Source: Neocallimastix sp. 'constans' | Lineage: Eukaryota | Length of the DNA: 64,000 nt | Assembly: GCA_050613775.1 (NCBI GenBank) | Contig: JBODTK010000126.1 | Coordinates: 248,001 to 312,000 of the forward strand | Direction of reading: 5' to 3' | Shown: piece after piece, positions 41,701 through 53,045 of the stretch | How positions within the stretch are numbered: the first letter of the stretch is position 1 | How the letters are laid out: each line of letters opens with the position of its first letter | Made by a program: the position numbers and the translations under genes | Notes under the pieces: generated by a model | What the model was told of the DNA's origin: nothing | Seen by the model: the letters and a program-made list of their open reading frames with translations, nothing else | The model's database searches: none

Positions 41701-43412
41701 ATAGCTTTTTATTTTTTTTTAATAATTAATATAATTACTACCTTCAAAAGTGAAGATTCCATTAATTGTCGATATGCATTTTTAACAGCTGATTCTAAAC
41801 CATAAATTTTAACAAATTGGTTACTGAAAATAATTTCAGCTCTAGTAACTTGACATAACTGTTTCAAAGTTGAATTCATTGTTTGAATATTATTTTGAAG
41901 CAATCCTTTACTAGATTGAGGGAATAATATAGGATGTAATAATTTAATAGTTGCCTTATAATAACTACATGCCTATTTAATAATAAAAATATTTATATAT
42001 TTAATATATTTATAAAGATTATTTTAATATCTAAAATTTTTATAAAATTAAAATAAAAAAAATATTCATACTAAAAGCATTATTGAACGGATAGTACGCT
42101 CAACAAATACTCGTTCATCACCATAAACAAATATGGTGTCATTTGAAGAACCAATAAGTGGAAATTCAATGAATGTAGCATTATCTTGCATAATTTTCTT
42201 AAGTGTTTCCTTTTTACTAATAAGCATCCAATCTATCTTTCTTGGTAAACATTTTACATGTCTTGACGCAACTGTTAATTTCTATAAATTCATTAAAATA
42301 TAAAATTATTATAAATACTTATTATATAATTAATAATTATTAAATTACCTTATTAATTGCTAAATTTAAAAGTTTCTTCTTTGCGATATTAACTTGATCT
42401 TGGTATTGTCCAGTAATATATATAATTGATTGAGAATAAAAATCATTATGACTACTACTTAATAGTGTATCTCCAACAACAACCGAATGAGCTTTTAATG
42501 ATGATTGGTTAATTAATGGAAATGGTATATAAATATTTGTTGACGTTTCATTCATAATTTCATTTAATGTTTCTCTTTTGCGTCCAGCCAAAATATAATG
42601 CAATTTTGGATCAATTTCAACATAACATACTGCAAATCCACTCTATTTATTTGTTATTAGGAAAATTTATAATCCATTAGTTACTTAAATTTCTTTTCAA
42701 TTATGATTTTACGTTTAAAAAATGTTCAAAACTATTATTAAAAAATAATATTATTCATATAATTATTAATATTTTTATATTTACTAATTTATCAAAATAC
42801 ACCAAACATTTTAATCTTGCTTTTTCAACATCTTCCCATTTTCCGAGAATATCTATTTTTATTGAATCTGAACCTAAACCTGGAGGAGGCTTAACTTTAT
42901 CATTTTTATTATAATCTACAATGATAGTGGCATTTGTCTGTAGCATGATTTCTTTTAACTTATCATTAATTGAGGATTTTATTTCTTCATTTTTATTTAA
43001 GAGTAACCAACGTTCAATGTAAAGTGTTGATACAGTCTTTTAAATAAATAATAATAATTAATTAACGATATTTTTTTTTAATATATATGTTTTTAACAAT
43101 TACCTGAGAAGGATTATTTCTTAAAATATTTCCTCTTGCTTGTAAAACTTGATTTAAAGGCCCATTAATACTAATACTATAATTAAAATCAAAATAATCA
43201 TTTTTCGCTCTTAAATTTGAAATTGTTGATGAAGTTTCCAGTTGAGAAAATACAATTTGACATTTGTATTTTTTAATTGAATCTTCACATAACTGATTAA
43301 TAATGTCTGTTATATATTGTTGTATATCCAAGCCGTTCGTCTGTATTCCACGATGAGCACGAACTGGAAGGCAAAACGTTGAAGTAATAACATTATCTAT
43401 ACTATTTTCCAT
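38779..43412 (-). CDS. Multi-KH-domain RNA-binding protein (Khd4/Mug60-like) with C-terminal SAM domain; about 1169 aa, 13 exons
   Basis: Exons assembled by hand, all introns GT-AG and in frame: 43104-43412, 42785-43036, 42349-42642, 42072-42281, 41742-41972, 41448-41654, 41108-41365, 40785-40985, 40454-40702, 40019-40363, 39744-39917, 39489-39656, 38779-39390. KH motifs: HYILAGRKRETLNEI, YINGKKNGKINKI, HKRIIGVGGKNIQRIMKKFGVYVKF, HSYVTGKNAYNINNIE. SAM motif: LISIGLQRYIPKFVEQEIDYKTFITLTDNDLKEIGIMTLGSRKKILSTIEEL. Confidence 0.88.
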
Positions 43413-44521
43413 TTTTATTTTATATAACTTTTATATAAAAAACAATTTATTATGTTAATTATATTATTGATATTATATTATTATCGATATTATATTCCTA
43501 AACTTACTTTTATGAAGAACAAATAAAGATTTTTATATAAAGTATATTTAATTTTCTATATAAGTTTTTTATTATATTAAAAATAATATAAAATGCTAAT
43601 GCTTTTCTATATTTTCAAAATATTGAATATCTGGTATCGTTTTTAGGGTATAGAAATTTTATCAAAAAATAAATAAAACAAAGCGAAAAGGAAGTAAAAG
43701 GAAGTTATAATTTATTCACTTTTAAACTGTAAGCTCTATTTCTATAAATAAATATAAATATTAATATTAAAATGTTTGCTTTTATAAATTATTGAATTAA
43801 ATTTACTATATACTTCAATAATTTTAACTTTTTTCATACATTTATTACTTTTAATGAATTTTATAATATAATTATAATCTTTCAATTTCTTGTTATTAAT
43901 TTATCCAATTTTTAAACATTGATTCATTTAATATTCTATAAAAAAAAAAAAAAAAAAAAAAAAGAAATAAATATTAATAAATAAATTTGTATTTTTCTAC
44001 CAAATTAATAAAGATTATTTTTAAAAGTAAATAAGATTGTTTATTTATATTATTTCTAAATATATAATATGTAAAAATTTTGTTTATATATGCATTATCA
44101 CTATATTTATAATATAAACAAATATTAAATAAATTGTTATATTGTTCGTTTTTTTTTTTGTTCCATTTTGTTTTGAATTTTATTATTTCAACATTATTAT
44201 TATTTTTTTTATAATATTTATATTATAGTATTAATTAATCATATTCTTTATTATTAATTCTTTGTTTTTACTTTAAATATTATTTTTATATCTTAATTCT
44301 TTCTATTGTATAAAAAATTTATTAAATTTTAATTAATATTCAATCCAATAATCATTTGCTTTAAATTTATATTTGCTATTGATATATATATATAAATTTT
44401 ATTTATGTTTTAATATAAATAAACATTAAGATATATATAATTTATATAATAATACATAAACTCTAATAATAATTATGATTATATTCATAATAATATAATG
44501 ATAATTTATATAGTTTTGAAG

Positions 44522-44571
<50 letters not shown>

Positions 44572-45045
44572 AATTCTAATAATACTGAATAAATAAATAT
44601 GAATACAAAGAATTTTTATTATTACAAATTCTATTTTTATTCTTGATAGATTTAATTATTTAATTTCTGTTTATTTATATTTGTTTGACTTTTATATATG
44701 TATATTAATATTATATATAATTACTTTATTTTTTACTAAATATATAGTCTATTTTCTTTCAAAGCAATCTAATGTGATATTAAAAAAAAATAAAAATACA
44801 CATCATTTTTTTTTAATTTATTTAGTTATAAACAATATAATACTTCGATGCTTTTGTTTATAAAAATACTAAAATAAATAAAACCTTTTTTTTTTTTTAT
44901 TGAATACTAAAAAGGATAAATAATATTATAAAATAATTTTTTAAATATATATATTAATAAAATAGTAAAATGTATATGTTCATTCAAACTTTCTTTTCTA
45001 TTTTAAAAATAACAATAATTGCTGTAATTGTTTAAAAATATAAAA

Positions 45046-45076
<31 letters not shown>

Positions 45077-46416
45077 ATAAAAGAAAATAAATAAGTAAAT
45101 AAAATTAGATTTAATAAAAACTATTATTTTTATTTTTATTTTTTTGATTATCTATTAAAAAAATTTTTATAAAAATATTAAATAATAATATAAAATAAAA
45201 ATATAATAAAAATGTTTAATAATTTATGAAATTAATATATGATTGAATAAATGTATATATAACATATGTTGATTTATTACAAATTTTAATTCATAAATAT
45301 TTTTTTAAATTATAAAATTGGTTCTACATTAAATAACTATATGTATACAATGATTTTCAATACATTAAATATATAAATTTAGTTTTTATATTTAATCAAT
45401 GTATTATTTATTTTACATAAGAAGAAAAAAACCTATTTTTTCTTTATAAAAAAGTTTGATAAAATATATTTTTTATTAATTCATAAATATTAAATTAAAT
45501 ATATATATTTTTTTCATTAAATAAAAATTAAATATATTATTTAATTTATAAATATTAAAATATTATATTTTTTACATTTAAATTTTACATTTAAAATTTT
45601 TTCATTTTTTTTTCTATCAAAGATTCTATATGCTTAAATAAAATACAATATATAGTTAATAAATTATTTATATAATAATATAATAAAATTATATAATAAA
45701 TATAAAATATTATTTTAAAATATAAAAAATATATATTTTTTAATAAACACATTAATACGAAAATTATTATGAAAGTCCAATTCTTTAAATTTATTAATAT
45801 ATTAGTTTTTTATAATTATTAATATATTAATTATATATATGTTTATTATATTATTATTTGTATGTATTATCCAATCATTTTATAAGCCAAACTATCCATT
45901 GTAAATGATTGTAAATGTTAATGTATGAAACATTTTTTTTTATATTAATTTACATAATGTTAATACAAAAAAATTTTTTTGTAATAAATCTTGTATCAGA
46001 AATTTTTAGTACTTTTTAATTTATAAAATTTCGTAATTATTTATTTAAATTATTTTATATATTGAAATTAATTATATTACTTTATATCTATGTATTAATT
46101 TATTGTTAATGTAAAATAAATCCATTTAATTAAATATTTAAATAAAAAAAATTTTTAAATTCATTTATAATTTTTTTTTATCGAAGTAATAAGAATTAAT
46201 CTATTATTATTGATTTGAAAACTATTTATTAAATTAGATATTTCAGGTAAAAAGAGTAATTATAAAATTTTAGCAATAAAAATTCTGTATATATATGTAT
46301 ATTAATTTAGTAATAAGTATTTGTCAATTTAATTAATTATATCTTAATTAAATTTTAATAATTTAATAGATTAGGAGTAACTAGTTTTTTGTACGTATAA
46401 AAAAAGGTTTGAATAA

Positions 46417-49400
46417 ATGAAGTCGGATACATATGATGTATCCTTTTCTGTAATTGGGAAAAGTATGATACATTTATTAAATTCAGAAGTTATTAAAACG
46501 CTAATTATCGTTTTCATAATTTACTTTTGTATCAAAAAGAGAAATTCAAAATTAGATAAAAAGAGATCAATTGAAAAAAAAGAAGAAGAAAGGTTAAAGG
46601 AAGAAAGCAATAAGCAATTCATAAAAGAAATCACAAAAAAAGTTCAAATTTTAGAAGAAACACAAATAATTCAAAGAAATAGTATTCAAGATGTAAAAGA
46701 AGAATTCAATAAGAAATTAAATATTCATAATAATAAACAAATTCAACTTGAAAATTATGAGGATGAGCTTAAAAAAATGCATGATATTAATGAGGAAAGA
46801 AGCAATAAATATTTCAATAGCTTAAAAAAGACTAGTCAAAATGTTGATGAATTTACCAATTTATTAACCAAAAGATATTTTGAAATTGATGATAAAGTTA
46901 ATTGTGAATTAAATAAACTTGAATGTAGTGTTGCTAATAAATTGAAAGAAATGAATTCACAAATTAATCAAGAATTAAATTTATTAAATGATAAAATAAA
47001 AAAAGAAATTATTGAAGTTGGTAAAAGAATTAAAGAAATTGATGAAAAATTAAATTTTCTGGATACAAATAAAAAGACATTAATTAATGAAGCAAACATG
47101 GAAATAAAAAATCTTCAAAGAGAAATCAATGATTATAAAAAAGAAAAATTAGACCTTGATAAAATAATTGATAAAAGAATAAATAATATAAATGATGATG
47201 TTAAAAGTATTAACTCATCAATAAGTGATTTCCGTTTTTATGAAGAGAAAATAAATAATGAAACGAAAGAAACTATTGAAAATAATCATTCATTCATTAA
47301 AAAAGAAATTAGTAATCTCCAAACTCAATTAAATCGATATAAAGAATCAAATGACGCTGCTGAAAAAAAATTCAATAATAGAATAGAATTAGTTGAAAAA
47401 GATATTACTTATAGTATTGATAAAATGAAAAATGTTAGTAAAAATGAGCAAGTTTTTGATGATAAAATTAAAATTTTGGAAGAGAAAAGCATTAATTTTG
47501 AAACATTTATTGCAAATTCTAAAGAAAATCTAAATATTATAAGTAATGAAAATGATAATAATTCAATGTATGATAATGGAAGTTATCATAGTTCACTATA
47601 TAATGATGACATAGAACCTGATAATATTAATTTAGAAAATCAAATAAAAACCGAAATAAATGAAAAAGCAAAAGAAGAAAATAAAGAAGGAGTAATAATA
47701 GACGTTAAAGAAGAAATGAAAATTGATAAAGAAGAAAAATTTGATAAGGAAATAAACTATGTAGAAAAAGAAAAAGAAATTGAAGATGAAGAAAAAGTAG
47801 AAAATGAAGAAAAAGTAAAAGATGAAGGAAAAGTAAAAGATGAAGAAGTAAAAGATGAAGAAAAAGTAAAAGATGAAGAAAAAGTTGAAGATGAAGAAAA
47901 AGTTAAAGATGAAGAAAAAGTAGAAGATGAAGAAAAAGTTGGAGCTAATGAAAAAGAAAGTGAAGAAAAAGTAGAAAATGAAGGAAAAGTAGAAGATGAA
48001 AAAAAAGTAAAAGATGAAGAAAAAGTAAAAGATGAAGAAAAAGTAAAAGATGAAGAAAAAATAGAAAATGAAGAAAAAGTTGAAGATGAAGAAAAAGTAG
48101 AAGATGAAGAAAAAGTAAAAGATGAAGAAAAAGTTTTAGCTAATGAAAAAGAAAGTGAAGAAAAAGTAGAAAGTGAAGAAAAAGTAAAAGGTGAAGAAAA
48201 AGTTGAAGATGAAGAAAAAGTAGAAAATGAAGAAAAAGTAGAAGATGAAGAAAAAGTTTTAGCTAATGAAAAAGAAAGTGAAGAAAAAGTAGAAAATGAA
48301 GAAAAAGATGAAGATGAAGAAAAAGTAGAAAATGAAGAAAAAGTAGAAAATGAAGAAAAAGTTGAAGATGAAAAAAAAGTAGAAGATGAAGAAAAAGTTT
48401 TAGTTAATGAAAAAGAAAGTGAAGGAAAAGTAGAAGATGAAGAAAAAGTAAAAGGTGAAGAAAAAGTTGAAGATGAAGAAAAAGTTGAAAATGAAGAAAA
48501 AGTTGAAGATGAAGAAAAAGTTGAAGATGAAGAAAAAGTAGAAGATGAAGAAAAAGTAAAAGATGAAGAAAAAGTTTTAGCTAATGAAAAAGAAAGTGAA
48601 GAAAAAGTAGAAAGTGAAGAAAAAGTAAAAGGTGAAGAAAAAGTTGAAGATGAAGAAAAAGTAGAAAATGAAGAAAAAGTAGAAGATGAAGAAAAAGTTT
48701 TAGCTAATGAAAAAGAAAGTGAAGAAAAAGATGAAGATGAAGAAAAAGTAGAAAATGAAGAAAAAGTAAAAAATGAAGAAAAAGTTGAAGATGAAAAAAA
48801 AATAGAAGTTGAAAAAAAAGTAGAAGATGAAGAAAAAGTAGAAAATGAAGAAAAAGTAGAAGATGAAGAAAAAGTTGAAGATGAAGAAAAAGTAGAAGAT
48901 GAAGAAAAAGTTTTAGTTAATGAAAAAGAAAGTGAAGAAAAAGTAGAAAATGAAGAAAAAGTAAAAGGTGAAGAAAAAGTTGAAGATGAAAAAAAAGTAG
49001 AAGATGAAGAAAAAGTTTTAGTTAATGAAAAAGAAAGTGAAGAAAAAGTAGAAAATGAAGAAAAAGTAAAAGGTGAAGAAAAAGTTGAAGATGAAAAAAA
49101 AGTTGAAGATGAAGAAAAAGTAAAAGGTGAAGAAAAAGTTGAAGATGAAAAAAAAGTAGAAGATGAAGAAAAAGTTTTAGTTAATGAAAAAGAAAGTGAA
49201 GAAAAAGTAAAAGATGAAGAAAAAGTAGAAGATGAAGAAAAAGTAGAAGATGAAGAAAAAGTTGAAGATGAAGAAAAAGTTGAAGATGAAGAAAAAGTAG
49301 AAAATGAAGAAAAAGTAGAAAATGAAGAAAAAGATGAAGATGAAGAAAAAGTAGAAAATGAAGAAAAAGTAGAAAATGAAGAAAAAGTTGAAGATGAAAA

Positions 49401-50541
49401 AAAAATAGAAGATGAAAAAAAAGTAGAAAATGAAGAAAAAGTTAAAGATGAAGAAAAAGTTAAAGAAGAAGAAAAAGTAGAAGATGAAGAAAAAGTAGAA
49501 GATGACAAAAAAGTTAAAGATGAAGAAAAAGTAGAAAATGAAGAAAAAGTAAAAGATGAAGAAAAAGTAGAAAATGAAGAAAAAGTTAAAGATGAAGAAA
49601 AAATAGAAGATGAAGAAAAAGTAGAAGATGAAGAAAAAGTAGAAAATGAAGAAAAAGTAAATGATGAAGAAAAAGTAAATGATGAAGAAAAAATAGAAAA
49701 TGAAGAAAAAATTGAAGATGAAGAAAAAGTAGAAGATGAAGAAAAAGTTGAAAATGAAGAAAAAGTTGAAGATGAAGAAAAAGTAGAAGATGAAGAAAAA
49801 GTTAAAGATGAAGAAAAAGTTAAAGAAGAAGAAAAAGTAGAAGATGAAGAAAAAGTAGAAGATGAAGAAAAAGTTAAAGATGAAGAAAAAGTTAAAGAAG
49901 AAGAAAAAGTAGAAGATGAAGAAAAAGTAGAAGATGAAGAAAAAGTAGAAAATGAAGAAAAAGTAAAAGATGAAGAAAAAGTAGAAAATGAAGAAAAAGT
50001 TAAAGATGAAGAAAAAGTAGAAGATGAAGAAAAAGTAGAAAATGAAGAAAAAGTTTTAGCTAATGAAAAAGAAAGTGAAGAAAAAGTAGAAAATAAAGAA
50101 AAAGTAAAAGATGAAGAAAAAGTAAAAGATGAAGAAAAAGTAGAAAATGAAGAAAAAGTTGAAGATGAAGAAAGTGAAGAAAGTGAAGAAAATAAAGAAA
50201 AAGTTGGAGCTAGTGAAAAAGAAAGTGAAAAAAAAGGAGAAAATGAAGAAAAAGGAAAAAATAAAAAGAAAGTAGGGGATAAAGAAAAAGTAGAGAACGA
50301 AGAAAAAGTAGAAGATGAAGAAAGTGAAGAAAATGAAGAAAATGAAGAAAATGAAGAAAATGAAGGAAGTGAGGATATAAGAGAAGATGATTCTATTAAT
50401 TTTTCATCTCGAGAAAGTAGTATAAGTATTGATAATAGTAAGAGTAAGAATAAGAATAAGAATAAGAATAAGAATAAGAATAAGAATAAGAATAAAAATA
50501 AAAAGAAGAAGAAGAAGAATAAAAAAATAGAATTAGAATAG
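46417..50541 (+). CDS. 1374-aa protein: N-terminal hydrophobic anchor, coiled-coil region, about 850-aa acidic (V/I)(E/K)(D/N)EEK tandem repeat, basic KN/K tail
   Basis: Single 4.1-kb ORF. Hydrophobic VIKTLIIVFIIYFCI is followed by KKR, then a heptad-like K/E/I/L/N-rich region. Repeat length variants preserve the reading frame. Confidence 0.8.
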   Translation: MKSDTYDVSFSVIGKSMIHLLNSEVIKTLIIVFIIYFCIKKRNSKLDKKRSIEKKEEERLKEESNKQFIKEITKKVQILEETQIIQRNSIQDVKEEFNKKLNIHNNKQIQLENYEDELKKMHDINEERSNKYFNSLKKTSQNVDEFTNLLTKRYFEIDDKVNCELNKLECSVANKLKEMNSQINQELNLLNDKIKKEIIEVGKRIKEIDEKLNFLDTNKKTLINEANMEIKNLQREINDYKKEKLDLDKIIDKRINNINDDVKSINSSISDFRFYEEKINNETKETIENNHSFIKKEISNLQTQLNRYKESNDAAEKKFNNRIELVEKDITYSIDKMKNVSKNEQVFDDKIKILEEKSINFETFIANSKENLNIISNENDNNSMYDNGSYHSSLYNDDIEPDNINLENQIKTEINEKAKEENKEGVIIDVKEEMKIDKEEKFDKEINYVEKEKEIEDEEKVENEEKVKDEGKVKDEEVKDEEKVKDEEKVEDEEKVKDEEKVEDEEKVGANEKESEEKVENEGKVEDEKKVKDEEKVKDEEKVKDEEKIENEEKVEDEEKVEDEEKVKDEEKVLANEKESEEKVESEEKVKGEEKVEDEEKVENEEKVEDEEKVLANEKESEEKVENEEKDEDEEKVENEEKVENEEKVEDEKKVEDEEKVLVNEKESEGKVEDEEKVKGEEKVEDEEKVENEEKVEDEEKVEDEEKVEDEEKVKDEEKVLANEKESEEKVESEEKVKGEEKVEDEEKVENEEKVEDEEKVLANEKESEEKDEDEEKVENEEKVKNEEKVEDEKKIEVEKKVEDEEKVENEEKVEDEEKVEDEEKVEDEEKVLVNEKESEEKVENEEKVKGEEKVEDEKKVEDEEKVLVNEKESEEKVENEEKVKGEEKVEDEKKVEDEEKVKGEEKVEDEKKVEDEEKVLVNEKESEEKVKDEEKVEDEEKVEDEEKVEDEEKVEDEEKVENEEKVENEEKDEDEEKVENEEKVENEEKVEDEKKIEDEKKVENEEKVKDEEKVKEEEKVEDEEKVEDDKKVKDEEKVENEEKVKDEEKVENEEKVKDEEKIEDEEKVEDEEKVENEEKVNDEEKVNDEEKIENEEKIEDEEKVEDEEKVENEEKVEDEEKVEDEEKVKDEEKVKEEEKVEDEEKVEDEEKVKDEEKVKEEEKVEDEEKVEDEEKVENEEKVKDEEKVENEEKVKDEEKVEDEEKVENEEKVLANEKESEEKVENKEKVKDEEKVKDEEKVENEEKVEDEESEESEENKEKVGASEKESEKKGENEEKGKNKKKVGDKEKVENEEKVEDEESEENEENEENEENEGSEDIREDDSINFSSRESSISIDNSKSKNKNKNKNKNKNKNKNKNKKKKKKNKKIELE
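47770..50330 (+). repeat. Coding minisatellite, 18-bp unit GT(A/T)(G/A)AA(G/A)ATGAAGAAAAA, punctuated by a 33-bp VL(A/V)NEKESEEK unit
   Basis: Directly visible tandem repeat. A higher-order block starting at 48115 recurs at 48556. Confidence 0.95.
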
Positions 50542-50678
50542 CAATTGACAGCTTAGAATTGATTAATCTTAATTCATAAACGATGAATAATATATTCATT
50601 ATTTAGTATAATATAAAGCAAAAATTTTAGTTTCCTTTAATATTAATAGTGTAATTTATAATATAATAAAGTTAATTT

Positions 50679-50737
<59 letters not shown>

Positions 50738-51081
50738 TTATTTCTTTTTTTTTTTTTTAAATTCTTTGTTATAAAAAAATATTTTTTATTAGATCATTAT
50801 TTTATTTATATCTTAATACATCAATTATAGCTATTAAATAAAGTTGTAGTTACTTTTTAATAATAATAATTATTAAAATTATAATTTATTATATCAATTT
50901 AATAATCAATAATAAATTATTTTAAAATTTCTTTTTTTGTTTTACATTGAATTATTATTTGAATAAATATTTTAATAATTATTAAAATATTTTACCTGTT
51001 TTTATTTTTAAAATTTATTCCCAAGTTTTTATAAAAAATTAAAATAAAATAGTGAAATATAAAATTATTAAGAAATAAACA

Positions 51082-51811
51082 TTGAAGACGGCTGTCCAGG
51101 ATACTGTCCTTATTGTTAAAGAAAAAATAACAATTCTCGATTAGAACATTGGTTTACTAAATGCTATGTTTTCAGTGAATTTCAAATGGAATATTTATGG
51201 ATATTAATATTCTTTATGAAAAAAATTTTTAATTACTAAATATTGTCCAATATCGAATAGTAATGTAAACATTGTTATCATGAATATTAATGATGTAGAA
51301 TATTAATGAAGTACTGATTCTGATAGTAGTAATATAATATTAATAAAAAATATAAATATTATTTGTCCAGTTTGAACATAATAATATTATAAATAGTAAT
51401 ATAAAATAAAAGTAATTTGACATGTATGACATTATTTATTATGATATTTTTTGATAAATCAAATTTGTAGAATACTGAAAATATTTTGTTAATAACTTTA
51501 AATGGTCCAAGTTTTCTGGGTTTAATTTTTTATTACAGTTTTTAATTATAAGTGTACTATTGATCAATCGGTGATAATAGTGTTAATATTAGAAATTTTC
51601 TGAATAATGAGTGTGTATATATATGTGACGTGGTACTGATTATATTACTTCATTCTTGGTGGAAAAGATGAAGACATTACTGGAATGGGATTTTTTGTTT
51701 AAAACCCAAATCATTTCTGGTGATTATTCTAAAATGGCATTCTTAGTTCGATCTGCAACTCTCTTTATAGAAATTATGCCTAGGGATACTACTTGACGAG
51801 GGTTGTTGCTA
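51082..51811 (+). mobile_element. Decayed LINE ORF2 C-terminal fragment (family D)
   Basis: CPGYCPYC*RKNNNSRLEHWFTKC zinc motif; homologous to 60465-60520 joined to 61458-62030. Confidence 0.8.
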
Positions 51812-51842
51812 TTTCTTCCAAAATGATCCTCATAATATAGCT

Positions 51843-52062
51843 TGAGGATCATTTTGGAAGAAACCAAAAACTATCATCAATTACTATTAATAATGAAGAA
51901 ATATATGAAATAGAACAAATATTAGAGAAGGGAAAGTATTATGGAAAAACACAATATCTCGTCAAATGGAAAGGGTATCCACTTTCTGAAGCATCTTGGG
52001 AACCTAAAGAAAACCTTAACTGTCCTGTACTTATTGAAAATTCAATAAAAGTAATTAAATAA
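51843..52062 (+). mobile_element. Chromodomain from a Ty3/gypsy chromovirus integrase (remnant)
   Basis: The frame from 51880 reads ITINNEEIYEIEQILEKGKYYGKTQYLVKWKGYPLSEASWEPKENLNCPVLIEN. It has no start codon or introns and sits in repeat debris. A GAAGGA|TGTAAC junction at 52422 may be the PPT/3'LTR boundary. Confidence 0.8.
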
Positions 52063-53045
52063 TTAACATCCATAACACCTAGAAAATGAATCTTTTACGA
52101 TTTTATTCTTTTAATCTTAATATTTTATATTATATAATTAAATATATATTTTTAAATTTATTTTATAATAAAATTGATTATAATAATATTTTAAATTAGT
52201 CTATTACCTGTCAATAATAACTTATTTTATCATGTATTCATACTATTATGCAAAATTATTATTGTTCTATTCCTGAATAATTATTTTAATATCATGTATT
52301 ATTATTATCAATTTATTTTAAGCACTTAAAAGACATTCACACTTTAAATTTTAATTTTTATTTTATTCAAGTGTAATTTTAGCTTAACTTAAGATTTGTC
52401 TGGTATCCGAATCCTGAAGGATGTAACGAAGTCTAAATATATTAAAATAGTTGTCATGATCTGGTGGTAACACAACATGACTATCAAGCGAAACTCCCTG
52501 GGTATGACTTACACTATATTCCAATCGATAATAATTTTAGTTCAATGTAACTAGACTATTGTTGAAAATACTATCTTTTCTTCGGTTAAATTTCTAAAAC
52601 CAAATGAAACTAGAAAATTTTATTTTAACAATTATTTTCATTATTTTTATCTATAAGATTCATTTTCTAGAAAGAAATCTCGATTTATCGAACTTTCAAC
52701 AAATAAACTTTTTCAGAAACAGTTTTTCCGAAAAAGTATAAATATGTGAATTTCGTGACTAAAAATAATTTTTCTTTGTGTTTTTTAGAAATTAATTAGC
52801 TAATAAGTAATTTGAAATATTACGACAACTAATTAGTAATAAATAATATTTTATATTTAATAAATTTATAAAACAATTTTTCAATAAAAACAAATTATTT
52901 ATAAAAAGTGTCTCAAACCTGTTGTGTAACCAACATGTCACAATAAACCATGAGAATATATAAATGTAAATAAAATAGTGAAATTTTTATGTACAGTCAT
53001 ATGGTAACAAGAAGAGAAGTGGATAGTACATTCATGATATTTTTT

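Noticed and set aside
47757..49508. 583-aa minus-strand Ser/Phe/Thr ORF
   Set aside because: Antisense shadow of the GAAGAAAAAGT repeat, which lacks stops on the opposite strand.
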